Source: Octopus sinensis (Eukaryota). Taken from it: a DNA stretch of 64,000 nucleotides. Shown here in pieces: positions 23,896-36,078 of the stretch (within the stretch, counting starts at the first letter, position 1; each line of letters opens with the position of its first letter). Made by a program: the position numbers and the translations under genes. The DNA is taken from assembly GCF_006345805.1 (NCBI RefSeq), contig NC_043017.1, positions 24,800,001 through 24,864,000 on the forward strand. The letters run 5' to 3'. The notes below the pieces were generated by a model. That model had not been told where the DNA came from, did no database searches, and saw only the letters and a program-made list of their open reading frames with translations.

Positions 23896-24008
23896 GTGTG
23901 AAACGTCAGAATGTGGCGTCTGCTAATTCTAGGCTGGCCTTTTTACACGTGTGTGAATTTACATTGCTGTCGAATCTGTGTGCATATTTGTGTGTTCCTA
24001 GATATATA

Positions 24009-24397
24009 TCTTTATATATAAAAGTCAAGTTGTGTGTCTGTCTCCTACGATTTAGATTCCTAACTACTCCCACATTTTGCGGTGCAGTTTAACCAAAAGC
24101 GGGTATCTTATAGTCGTGATTCATATCGAGCCCTTCTGGGTGTTAGCGCACGTCTACGATGAGTCTACGATTTAAAAAAAAAATTACCATCATTTTTTTT
24201 CCATTTTAATGCATTTTTTCGCTATTATATAAGGGAAGTAACTCTCTAAAAATGTCTACGATGAGTCAACGATTTAAAAAAAAATTTACCATAATTTTTT
24301 TTTCCATTTTTAGTGCATTTTTTTGCTATAACTCTCTAAAAATTCTTATATAGTTATTTCCCTTACAAACCCGAGCAACGCCGGGCGATACTGCAAG
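24009..24397 (+). mobile_element. Non-autonomous Helitron H1
   Basis: 5' TC and hairpin are intact. The 3' end reads CAAG|T. Confidence 0.85.
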
Positions 24398-24579
24398 TAT
24401 ATATATATATGTGTGTGTGTGTGTGTATCTTGTCTAGAGATATGGAGATATGGGAGCACGAATATACTAGCACTATGACCAGGTGTTGCCTGGTCATAGT
24501 GCTAGTGCATGCATATACAGCTGCGTGCGTGTGCACATACACGCGAGTACTGTCCAAATCTCCAACCAATCACATACAG

Positions 24580-24829
24580 CTAGCTGGCATTCAATTAACG
24601 TATCAACTTTCGGGCATTTTGATTGGGTTTTGGATAGAAAATTCACTTAAAGTCACTTCTATTGATTTTTTAATGGCTTTGCAGGGTGACTGGGGAAACG
24701 TAAAGATGTGCACGACCACCCTTGGACGGTTTTGAATGACCATAGAAAGTGCAAGCCCTCTAACTGAAAAATTGTGGATTTGTATAAAGGACACACACAC
24801 AGATATTTTGCCGTTTATATATATAGAGA
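24580..24829 (-). mobile_element. Probable second Helitron family
   Basis: The minus strand starts A|TCTCTATATATATAAACGGCAAAAT. There is a CTAG at 24580-24583, but the 3' end is uncertain. Confidence 0.45.
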
Positions 24830-27800
24830 TATGTGTCTTGTTTCCTCTGGAAGAACATCTTATTCCATTATTACAATCCAATATGTGGACACTGTTGCTG
24901 CTATATGTTAGTCAAAATACAAAATTATGGGCTTGTTATTTAGGGAGTTATTATAGAAAAAAACAGGAAATTGGGATATTATTTTGGTATTATTTATTTA
25001 CATGCGTTTCATTTGCTTACAGGAATTACAAACATGTACGTTAGATAGATATGCAATGAATTTCATCAAAGAGAGAAACAGAATAAATAAGGACAAAAGG
25101 TCGATTTCCTGTTTTAGTATTCACTAGCAGGCCCCGTGCTGTCAAAAATGACGGCTAATTGTAGTATTTCATATATAAATATAGATCGTAAATCACAGTA
25201 ATACACTTGTCAATGTTCACACACATTTATATCCCTTGTACATGCACACACATATACTTAGAGTTGAAACGCTGTTTGATTTTTCTTTTCAGCATTGAAT
25301 GTTCACTATCCCACTTCTATTGCACACACACACATACACAAACATCCACATACTTCCCTTTTACATACGCACACATATGCTCAGAGTTAAACGCTCCCAC
25401 TTTCACTTTGCCATCACCCCTTCCTTTCTCATTCATATGCTGTGACAGAGGAAAACACGAGTATTATAGTAGATTTATTTATTAATGTATGTATTGTAAC
25501 AAGTTTGCTTGTCTGCCTTTAATGAGACGAATAGCAGCTATCACGCCTGTTTTCTACAGAGTTTAAGTGATGGGTAATACATCGATCTAACCTTTCTGGT
25601 TTTATGCTGGTTCCCATCCCATCATGTGACTGATCAGCCAAGCATGGGCAATTTATGTCTATTTGCTAGAGCTCGTCATAAGCTATATAAGGAGAACCCA
25701 TTCTGCTATTCTCTAGTGAGGTGGTTTTGCACAGTCGAGTTTGGATCTCAAGAGAGAGGAAGTTTATTCCATAGGTAGCTTTTGATGTGTACATCTTTTC
25801 CTGTCTTCCAGCAGAAGTCATGTCATGTATTTGTTTTCTTGCTCTACACTTCCTTACACCAACCACTCAGCAGAGTGGACTTAGAGCTTTTTATGTGACC
25901 CAAGTACAGGTGAGGTCAGTTTTAGTAAGGTTTTTACAACTGGATGCCCTAACAAATGCCAACCACTTTACAGTGTGGACTGGATGCTTTTTAAGTGGCG
26001 CCTGCACTGATGAGGTCACCAAGTAACTTGCAAGACGAAAATCTTTTGCAAAGAGAAGGGGCATTGGAGGAGGTGATCTTATATCAGATGATGATAGGTT
26101 ATAGTGAGACAGAGAGACAGAAATAGGTGCCTTGCTGTAGAGGAGGCACAAAGTTACCCAGCTGGAGAGAGAGAGAGAGATCAACAATGAAGACAGACAC
26201 AGGCGTGCTGCCACAAAGGAGATATATGGTTACCCAACCTGAGGGAAGAGAAGGAGAGAGAAAGAGAGAAAGAGAGAGAGAGTGGGAGACAGCAGGATAG
26301 AGATGGTGGCAAAGTGCTGGCCATACACATAAAGGACAGGGATCAGAATGTAAATGGGATGGTTGAGTAAAGGAAGAGAGAGATATAGATGCTGGCAAGT
26401 GCCGGGGCATACTCTTGAGGTTCGAACTCCGTAATATAAGTGGAATGATATGGCAAAAGAAGCGGGATTAGAATGTAAAGAAGGGTGGGGAAGTGAGTGG
26501 TGAAAACTTGGGCACATTTAGTGTAGGTACTGGATAGCAGTGTTACTGAGAAACAGGGCTGTGAGGACAGGATTGAGGAGTGAGAGGTAGGCAGTATATG
26601 AAGGAGGGAAGGTGAGGAAGAGAAGAGATATAGATTGGTTTGTTGGGATAGGGTGTATGAAAAGTTTTCTTGTCATGTGTTGGTGGAACTTGGGAGTGAG
26701 ACAGGGCCCAGAAACTTAGGGTAAGGTGCAAGTCCATCACATCAACCCTGTGCTAAACTGGTACTTATTTTATCAACTCTGAAAGGATGAAAGACAAAGG
26801 TGACATCGGTGGAATATCAATTCGGAATGTAAAGATGGATGAAATGCCGCTAAGCATTTAGCCTGGCATACTAACAATCCTGCCAGCTTGCCGCCCTAAT
26901 TTTACTACTAATATTACACAGGTCAGGGGCTAGCCGATGGCAATGATGCAGTGAGACAGGGTGTGTGGGTGGAACACAAAGGTCAGGGACAGGCAGGTAG
27001 CAATGAAATGATACAGTGAGTGAGACAGGGCCAAGAGGATAGGATTGGGGAGTGGGAGGTAAGCATGGTACATGAAGTGGAAATACACAAGGAAGAGAAG
27101 AAATGCAAGCGGTGTAGTTTGCTTTGTTGTTTCGGAGTGTGTGAGAAGTTTTCTTGTTAATGTAGGTTAGACACTCAGCACTTCTAGAACTCAGTTTCGC
27201 TGACACGAGTGGACCTTCTCAAAATCCTCATACTGCCAGATATCTTTCTTCATTATTATTTCCTCTATGAGGCCCAACATCCTGATATGCTTTTTAATTT
27301 TGTTTCTGTTGTTATTTTTTATACATAATTGATACACAGGTTATCATACAGATATTATATATAAAGATAAAGCAGGTGAGCTGGCAATATCGTACTACAC
27401 TGGACAAAATGCTTCAGGTCATTTCTCTAGACATTATGCGCTGGGATACCAGTTGAGCGATCGTGGAAATTAACTAGACCTCCTTCTCCAAAATTGCAGT
27501 CCCTGTGCCCAAATTCGAAACCATAATATTTGATAAATACGTAGAAACAACTACCTACCTATCTGCCCTCCCTTTTTCTCAGAAATATTGCTATTACTAC
27601 AGGTTTCAAAGTTTAGCACAAGGACAGACACTTGGAGGAAAGTGCAAGTCGATTACATCAACCCCTGTGCTAAACTGGTACTTATTTTATCAACTCTGAA
27701 AGGATGAAAGACGAAGGTGACATCGGTGGAATACTGATTCAGAATGCAAAGATGAACGAAGTGCTGCTAAGCATTTTGCCTGGCATACTAACAATTCTGC

Positions 27801-28589
27801 CAGTCCACCGTCCTAATAATGCTATTAATATTACAACTATCATTCTTATAGCTCTGGCATAAATCATTTCTTGCCTTTCTACCCAAATAATCTGTATGGT
27901 AATATTGCAGAAACACTTGCTTCCATTTGCCAGTAACACAATAACCTTCATTATATTTGTATAATATTTCTCAATGAATACTGTGTAAAAGCTTTCAATT
28001 TGGGGATAATAAAAACAAAAGCAATAGTTTCATATCAACAACAGAAATGAAATTAAAGATAAAACAAATAATTTAATTTTTTTGGTTTGATTTATTTGTG
28101 GAAGAATCCTGGAAAAGTCTTTGACGTTTTGAGTCTACGCTCTTCACCAGAAAGGATTAAATGGAAAAAAAATGGAGGGAGAATGAAAAAAAACCTGTCT
28201 TAGAGATTAAGTTCAGATTGACCCTGTTTGCATGTGCATTCACTGTTTGTGACCAATGGCCTCTCTGATGGTGTTGGTTTGCTTGCAGCCCACTGTGAGA
28301 GTATGTCCATGTTTCTTAACATGCTTTGATGTGTTGCACCATTATTGTAAACAAAAGTCTCATCCATAGTGTCATTATCACATTGTTATAGCATAGTTTT
28401 TGTGTCTACAGATGTCACTGTGATACGGCTTGTATTTCAATTTCATGTTTGTGAATTGTTTAGTCATTGCCGAAAGAAATTAATTTACCACAAATATCAA
28501 GTTGATACTGCTTATCTTCTATGTGAATAGGTTTGAGGTATGTTCCAGAGTAGTAGTAGCGAAAAAAAAAATATCTCTGTAATTACATT

Positions 28590-29014
28590 CACTCCTGTGT
28601 ATGAAGATGTTAGTGTGTAGTTAACTGCAAATTTCTAGAGAATGATTTACCACAAATATCACAGAGAAACAGCTACTCTGCTCTATGAACACGTTCATGA
28701 CTAGACGACTTACCACTTTGAGAGAATGATTCTCCACAGAGAACAGAGTGATATGGTTTCTCACTTGTATGTGTATGTTTGTGTTGAGCTAAACTTGTAT
28801 TCCTAGAGAATAAATTGATGATAGATACCACAATGATACGGCTTCTCTCCTGTATGAATACGTTTGTGACTATTTAACTTGAGTCCTGCAGTGAGTGATA
28901 ACCACGGATATAACAATGTTATGGTTTCTCTCCTGTGTGAAAAAGTTTGTGATGATTGAAGTGACCGATTTGAGAGTATGATTTACCACACACGTCACAG
29001 TGATATGGCGTCTC
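28590..29014 (-). pseudogene. Decayed 3' fingers of ZNF-C
   Basis: Finger codons continue past the stop and match the D, E and F termini. Confidence 0.75.
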
Positions 29015-30112
29015 TCATGTATGAATACGTCGATGTATATGTAAGGCACTGCTTTCAGAGAAAGACTTGCCACAGATATCACAGTGATATGGTTTCTCTC
29101 CTGTATGAACACGCTTATGTTTAATTAAGTCACTACTTTGAGAGCAAGATTTACCACAGATATCACAGTGATATGGAGTCTCACCTGTATGAATACGCCG
29201 GTGTATATGTAAGGCACTACTTTCATAGAAAGACTTGCCACAGATATCACAGTTATATGGTTTCTCTCCTGTATGAACACGCTTATGTTTAATTAAGTCA
29301 CTACTTTGAGAGCAAGATTTACCACAGATATCACAGTTATATGGTTTCTCTCCTGTATGAACACGCTTATGTTTAATTAAGTCACTACTTTGAGAGCAAG
29401 ATTTACCACAGATATCACAGTGATATGGTTTTTCCCCTGTATGAATCCGTATGTGCTTATTTAAGTTAACATTTTGAACGAACGATTTACCACAGATATT
29501 ACAGAAATGGGGCTTTTCCCCCGTATGAACATATTTGTGTCTCCTTAATTTACTTCTATCTGGGAATGATTTACCACAAACCTCACAGTGATATGGTCTC
29601 TCACCTGAATGGACAGCTCTGTGATAAGTTAAGGACGATTTGTAAGAGAAGGATTTATGGCAGATATCACAATAATATGGTTTGTCTCCTGTATGAATAC
29701 GTTTGTGACTATTTAAGTTACCATTTGTAGAGAATGATTGACCACAGATATCACAGTGATGTGGTTTTTCACCTGTATGAATAAGTTTGTGTGTCTTTAA
29801 TGCACCCCTTGTGGAAAAAGATTTACCACAGATATCACAGAGATATGGTTTCTCTCCTGTATGAATAAGTTTGTGTGTCTTTAATGCACCCCTTGTAGAG
29901 AATGATTTACCACAGATATCACAATGATATGGCTTCTCTCCTGTATGAATACGTTTGTGATAATTTAGGTGGGGTTTCTGAGAGAATGACTTACCACAGA
30001 TGTCACAGGAATATGGTTTTTTCTCTCTCTCATTCTGAATCTCATCATGAGAACCAACTCGCTCAGTCTCTATTTTAATTTCAATTGGTTCCTCACAGAA
30101 TTCATTTTCCAT
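29015..30112 (-). CDS. C2H2 zinc-finger protein C, 365 aa, 12 fingers
   Basis: Open ORF ended by GGA>TGA in an HTG linker. Acceptor at 30454 and uORF MDIFPHL* at 30337-30360. Confidence 0.9.
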   Translation of the reverse strand: MENEFCEEPIEIKIETERVGSHDEIQNEREKKPYSCDICGKSFSQKPHLNYHKRIHTGEKPYHCDICGKSFSTRGALKTHKLIHTGEKPYLCDICGKSFSTRGALKTHKLIHTGEKPHHCDICGQSFSTNGNLNSHKRIHTGDKPYYCDICHKSFSYKSSLTYHRAVHSGERPYHCEVCGKSFPDRSKLRRHKYVHTGEKPHFCNICGKSFVQNVNLNKHIRIHTGEKPYHCDICGKSCSQSSDLIKHKRVHTGEKPYNCDICGKSCSQSSDLIKHKRVHTGEKPYNCDICGKSFYESSALHIHRRIHTGETPYHCDICGKSCSQSSDLIKHKRVHTGEKPYHCDICGKSFSESSALHIHRRIHT

Positions 30113-30714
30113 AATTTTACTTTTATTCTCATTTATTCATCTCTTGTTCTTGTGTTCTTTGATAAAGCATGACCTCTATTAATGTGTGAAGATGCTGCAG
30201 CCTCCTTTCTAAACATGTCCAAGTTTAAACAGAAAGCAACCAACTCTTGAAGATATTCCTGGCAGTGAAGCAGAGAAATTTTGCTAATGGTCTCAAGTCA
30301 CAACAACAATTATGTAACACCAATTCTATCGCAGATTTATAGATGCGGGAATATATCCATTTTGTGTAGCAACTTCCTTTACTTTGTGAAAGATGATAAA
30401 TATCAATGATACATCTAAGTTAAGTACTATTAAGCCAATGTCAGTTTGATATTTCTGAAATAATAGGGAAACAGTATAAGATGTAGGGAATATTTAAAAC
30501 AGATTCAACGATGGAGAATATACATTTCAATAGCGATAAAGTATAAATTTAAATATTTACATCCACATCTGAGGTTTTAACTTTGGTGGAATCCTAGTTT
30601 ATGCACAACATATAACCCCTTATAACATTTTTATATGTTGAAAATTTTCAATCTTGCGTTACACACACAAGAATTCACACTATTATGGAAAAAAAGAAAT
30701 AGGAAATTGATTTT

Positions 30715-31505
30715 ACTCTTTACTCTTTTACTTGTTTCAGTCATTACACTGCGGCCATGCTGGAGCACCGCATTTGGTTGAGCAAATCGACCGCAGGACT
30801 TATTCTTTGTAAGCCTAGCACTTATTCAATAGGTTTCTTTTGCCGAATCGTTAGGTTGCGGGGACGTAAACACACCAGCATCGGTTGTCAAGCGATGTTG
30901 GGGGGGGGGACAAACCCACACATATCTCTCTCTTTACTCTTTTACTTGTTTCAGTCATTTGACTGCGGCCATGCTGGAGCACCACCTTTAATCGAGCAAC
31001 TCGACACCAGAACTTATTCTTTTGTAAGCCCAGTACTTATTCTATCGGTCTCTTTTTGCCGAACCGCTAAGTAACGGGGACATAAACACACCAGCATCGG
31101 TTGTCAAGCAATGCTAGGGGGACAAACACAGACACACAAACACACACACGCATATATATACATATATACGACGGGCTTCTTTCAGTTTCCGTCTACCAAA
31201 TCCACTCACAAGGCTTTGGTCGGCCCGAGGCTATAGTAGATGACACTTGCCCAAGGTGCCACGCAGTGGGACTGAACCCTTAACCATGTGGTTGGTAAAC
31301 AAGCTACTTACCACACAGCCACTCCTATATACACATACATATACACGACGGGCTTCTTTTCAGTTTCTGTTTACCAAATCCACTCACAAGAATTTGGTCG
31401 GCCAGAGGCTTTAACAGAAGACCCGTGCCCAAGGTGTCAGGCAGTGGGACTTAACCCGGAACCATGTGGTTCGTAAGCAATCTACTTACCACTCAGCCAC
31501 TCCTA
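30715..31505 (-). mobile_element. Cluster of overlapping SINE B copies
   Basis: Two tail halves and two head halves in tandem. Confidence 0.8.
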
Positions 31506-34067
31506 CGCCTTTTGTGGGATTTAAGTGTTATTTAACTGATATTTTTAGCACATCTTACAACCACCTGATACTGTTCTCGTTTCTTTATCACTGACGTACA
31601 GTTTCTCCACATAAACACATTTAACGATCTTTTACTGAGATTTAAACAAAAAATTCATACTCTTTATATAAAAAAAAAGTTACTTGCGGTTATGAGGTGC
31701 TTACACCATAAACGCGCCAACTTCTGTTATTAAAACTATATCGAAGAATCACATGTGTGGTCTATATATCAATGGTTACGGCAACACTATTATATTATTT
31801 GTTAAACTATTAAATAGTGGACATGGGGCTTTCTGTTCAGAAACTGATGCGTCATCTTTCGAATACTGTTTAATTGGGACAGAGCAAAAAAATTCGTTGC
31901 AGACATACTAGATCCGTTATTTCTGCTGAAAATTACACGTTATTCCACCTTTATTTCTTTTCGTTAACGTTGTTTATAATTAAACACAAATTAGTATAAT
32001 GTATTGTTCTATTCCCGTAATACACATGCTTTAGAATGGAAAATATTTCCTCATAGCATAAAGTATTTGGAAAATATTTCCTTGTAGTATAAAGTGTTTA
32101 ATTTCCTTTTCAAAACATACGGAACAAAATTTTGCGATGTAACAATGTTAAAGATTTAATTAATAATACTTCCACAGTAAAAGAATGTGCATTACGGGAG
32201 AGAAAAACTTAGAAGTTATTAGTTAAATACAGACGTAAGGATAACAATATTAATTAATATTAATTGTAAAGTACAATAAGGTATAAGTGTAATCAGAAAT
32301 GATGGACTTCTTATGTTTGTAACCTCTACAATTACCACGTCGGAAGTAAACTTTGGCAATGTTTCGTTTGTAGTACAAACGAAACATTGCCTAAACTTTG
32401 ATTTCACTATTTCATAACAATGCCATGCATTTATAGGTTCCTTACCATCTTCGAAATTATGCTGCAATTCTTTACGTTACACAAAATTCATATTAATGAA
32501 AATGAATAGAAAAACGATCGAATAAAGGAAGTACATTAAGAAAAATACCTCTAATACATCACAGCTGTTATTAAGAAGTGAATAATGCTTGTCATATATA
32601 TTGTTACTACATACTCGTTCACTGAGGAATTCCTCAGCGGATTCTGACTGGCGATTGTCGATGGTAAAAGACTTACAAAGAATTTGCTTAGAATTAGAAG
32701 GAAGGAGGGGGGGGGTTTCTCTCAAGGGGAGAGAACTGCTCAGAGCTTATAATCTTTTACTTTTCTTAATTGCTTTTGCGTATTATAATTATTTAGCAAG
32801 GTTATTTTCTAATGAGAGAGAGAGAGAGAGAGAGAGAGCATAAGAATTAATATTTCCATATAAATTTTTTTCTTGCTTCTCATTTTCGGTGTTCGAGAAC
32901 CTGCAGGTGACATTATTTCGCTCTTATTGGAGCTTATCGACACAACGTAAGCTAGGGTCACGAAACTAGTTGGTGTATGTACCTTTAAAACTATACAAGA
33001 TGGAAATTTTTTTCTTGTGTTTTTCTTTCTGACACCACTAAGAGCGAAGCAAATGAGTCGAGACAAAGAAGGAAAGCAATGAGATCCTCAGAGTCATTTA
33101 GAATTAAAATTGCATTATACAATAGTTCGATCAATATTTTCTGTTTTCTTTACATTAAACAGTGGAGGAGAGACGAAGAAGGAAATAAATTAGAAGTAAA
33201 AATAGAGTTAATTACAGACAGTGTAAAGATGGACGAAATACCGCCAAGCATTTTGCCTAGCATACTAACAATTCTGCCAGCACACCGTCCTAATAATGCT
33301 ATTAATATTGCAACTATCACTCTTATAGCTCTGGCATAAATCATTTCTTGCCTTTCTGTCCAAATAATCTGTCTGGTAATATTGCAGAAACACTTGCTTC
33401 CATTTGCCAGTAACACAATAATCTTCATTGTATTTGTGTAATATTTCTCAATGAATACTATTTAAAGGCTTTCAACTTGGAGATAATAAAAACAAAAGCA
33501 ATAGTTTCCTATCAACAACAGAAATGAAATTAAAGATAAAACAAATAATTTAATTTTTTTGGTTTGATTTATTTATGGAAGAATCCTGGAAAAGTCTTTG
33601 ACGTTTTGAGTCTATGCTCTTCAAAAGACTCAAGAGGTAAAAAAAATGGAGAGAGAATGAGAAAAACGTGTCTAAGCAATTAAGTTCAAATGGATCCTGT
33701 TTGCATGTGCATTCACTGTTTGTGACCAATGGTCTCTTAACTCCAACATTGTTACAGAAAATGATGATTCTGCCATGTCACGCATATCTTCAGTGGAAGT
33801 ACAAAAATCAATAACATCACCAGTTGTTATACAAAACATATTGTTAGAATACCCTTATCACATTGTTATAGCATATTCTTTCTGTCTACAGATGTCACTG
33901 TGATACGGCTTGTATTTCAAGTTCATATTTGTGAATTGTTTAGTCATTGCCTAAAGAAAGAAATTTACCACAAATATCAAGTTGATACTACTTATCTTCT
34001 ATGTGAATAGGTTTGAGGTATGTTCCAGAGAAGTAGTAGCGAAAAAAAAGATATCCCTGTAATACAT

Positions 34068-34950
34068 TCACTCCTGTGTATGAAGATGTTTGTGTGTAGT
34101 TAGCTGCAAATTTCTAGAGAATGATTTACCACAAATATCACAGAGAAACAGCTTCTCTGCTCCATGAAAATACTTGTGACTAGACAAGTTACTTCTTTGA
34201 GAGAATGATTCTCCACAGAGAACAGAGTGATATGGTTTCTCACCTGTATGTGTACGTTTGTGTTGAGCCCAGCTTGTGTTCATATAAAATAAATTGACCC
34301 TAGATATCACACTGATACGGTTTTTATCCCATATAGATATGTTTGTGCCTAGTTACAGTAGACCTATCAGAGAATGTATTGTCATAGATATCAAAGTGAT
34401 ATGGTTTTCATCCTGTATGAATTGTTTACAAAGGTTAAGGTACTACCAGCAGCAAAAAGATTTACCATAGATAACAGTGATAAGGTGTCTCTCTCTCTTG
34501 TATGAATATGCCTATGTTTATGTAAGGTAGTGCCTCAGAGGAAGACTTGCTACAGATATCACACTCTCCTGTATGAACATGTATGTGTCTCCATAATTTG
34601 CTTTTATCTGGGAATGATTTACCACAAATCCCAGAGTGGAATGGCCCTTCTGTATGGATACATATGTGTTTAATTAGGAGAGATGTGTGAGAGAATGATT
34701 TACCACAGACAACACAGTGATATAGTGTCTTTATTGTATGACTACGTCAATGTAGACATAAAGTACTGCCTTCAGAGTAATACTTGCCACAAATGTCACA
34801 GTGATATGGTTTTTTGCCTGCATAAGTCCGCATGTGCCTATATAAGCTATCATTTCAAAAGAATGATTGCCACAGATATTACAGTAATACAGTTTTTCTT
34901 CTGCATGAATATATATGTGTCACCCAAATTTACTTTTATCTGGAAATAAT
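34068..34950 (-). pseudogene. Decayed 3' fingers of ZNF-D
   Basis: ORF 34068-34310 ends HKHLHTQE*, like the ZNF-G terminus. The fingers in between are frameshifted. Confidence 0.8.
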
Positions 34951-36078
34951 TTACCAGAGGTCACAATGGTACACGTTCTGATCTGCATGAACAGATTTGT
35001 GATTATTCAAGGTCTGACTACTAGAAAATGATTTACCACAGATATCACAATGATATAGCTTTTCTTCTGTATGAATATGTTTGTGGTTATTTAAGGTATC
35101 ACTTCTACAAAATGACTTACCACAGATACCACAATGATACGGTTTCTCTCCTGTATGAATACGTTTGTGACTATTTAACTTACCACTTGTAGTGAGTGAT
35201 TTACCACAGATCTCACAGTGATAGGGTTTCTCTCCTGTGTGAAAACGTTTGTGATGATTTAAGTGACCGATTTGAGAGTATGATTTACCACACACGTCAC
35301 AGTGATATGGAGTCTCTCCTGTATGAATACGTCGATGTATATGTAAGGCACTACTTTCAGAGAAAGACTTGCCACAGATATCACAGTTATACGGTTTCTC
35401 TCCTGTATGAACACGCTTATGTTTAATTAAGTCACTACTTTGAGAGCAAGATTTACCACAGATATCACAGTGATATGGTTTTTCCCCTGTATGAATCCGT
35501 ATGTGCTTATTTAAATCATTCTTTTGAGAGAATGATTTGCCACAGATATTACAGCAATGGGGCTTTTCTCCTGTATGAATGTATATGTGTCTCTTTAATT
35601 TACTTTTATCTGGGAAGGATTTACCACAGATCTGACAGTGGCACGGTCTCTCTCCTGTGTGAATACTTCTGTGTTTACTTAAGGATGATGTGTAAGAGAA
35701 GGATTTACCACAGATATCACAATGATATGGTTTCTCTCCCGTATGAATACGTTTGTGAGTATTTAATGCACTAATTGTGAAAAATGATTTACCACAGATA
35801 TCACAGTGATTTGGTTTCTCTCTGGTATGAGTATATTTATGGGTATTTAAAGTACCACTTGTAGAGAATGACTTACCACAGATATCACAATGATATGGCT
35901 TCTCACCTGTATGAATACGTTTGTGATCATTTAAGTGGTGTTTCTGAGAGAATGACTTTTTACAGACGTCACAGGAATATGGTTTTTCTTCTCTCTCATT
36001 CTGAATGTCATCATGAGAATCAACTAGTTCAGTCTCTATTTTAATTTCAATTGGTTCCTCACAGAATTCCTTTTCCAT
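34951..36078 (-). CDS. C2H2 zinc-finger protein D, 375 aa, 12 fingers
   Basis: Open ORF that ends at a frameshift (HCDLW*). Acceptor at 36394, uORF MDIFPHL* at 36282-36305, exon-1 donor at 37815. Confidence 0.9.
   Translation of the reverse strand: MEKEFCEEPIEIKIETELVDSHDDIQNEREEKPYSCDVCKKSFSQKHHLNDHKRIHTGEKPYHCDICGKSFSTSGTLNTHKYTHTREKPNHCDICGKSFFTISALNTHKRIHTGEKPYHCDICGKSFSYTSSLSKHRSIHTGERPCHCQICGKSFPDKSKLKRHIYIHTGEKPHCCNICGKSFSQKNDLNKHIRIHTGEKPYHCDICGKSCSQSSDLIKHKRVHTGEKPYNCDICGKSFSESSALHIHRRIHTGETPYHCDVCGKSYSQIGHLNHHKRFHTGEKPYHCEICGKSLTTSGKLNSHKRIHTGEKPYHCGICGKSFCRSDTLNNHKHIHTEEKLYHCDICGKSFSSSQTLNNHKSVHADQNVYHCDLW

Noticed and set aside
26007-26040. CTGATGAG-GTC...GAC-GAAA resembling a hammerhead ribozyme core
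   Set aside because: Stem II is out of register by one base, I could not find stems I/III or a cleavage triplet, and it lies in a degenerate SINE D.
30326-30454. Hydrophobic 42-codon reading (KYQTDIGLIVLNLDVSLIFIIF...) starting at the ZNF-C acceptor
   Set aside because: The frame is not conserved in A or G because of 1-nt indels, it has no start codon, and it stops before the main ORF.
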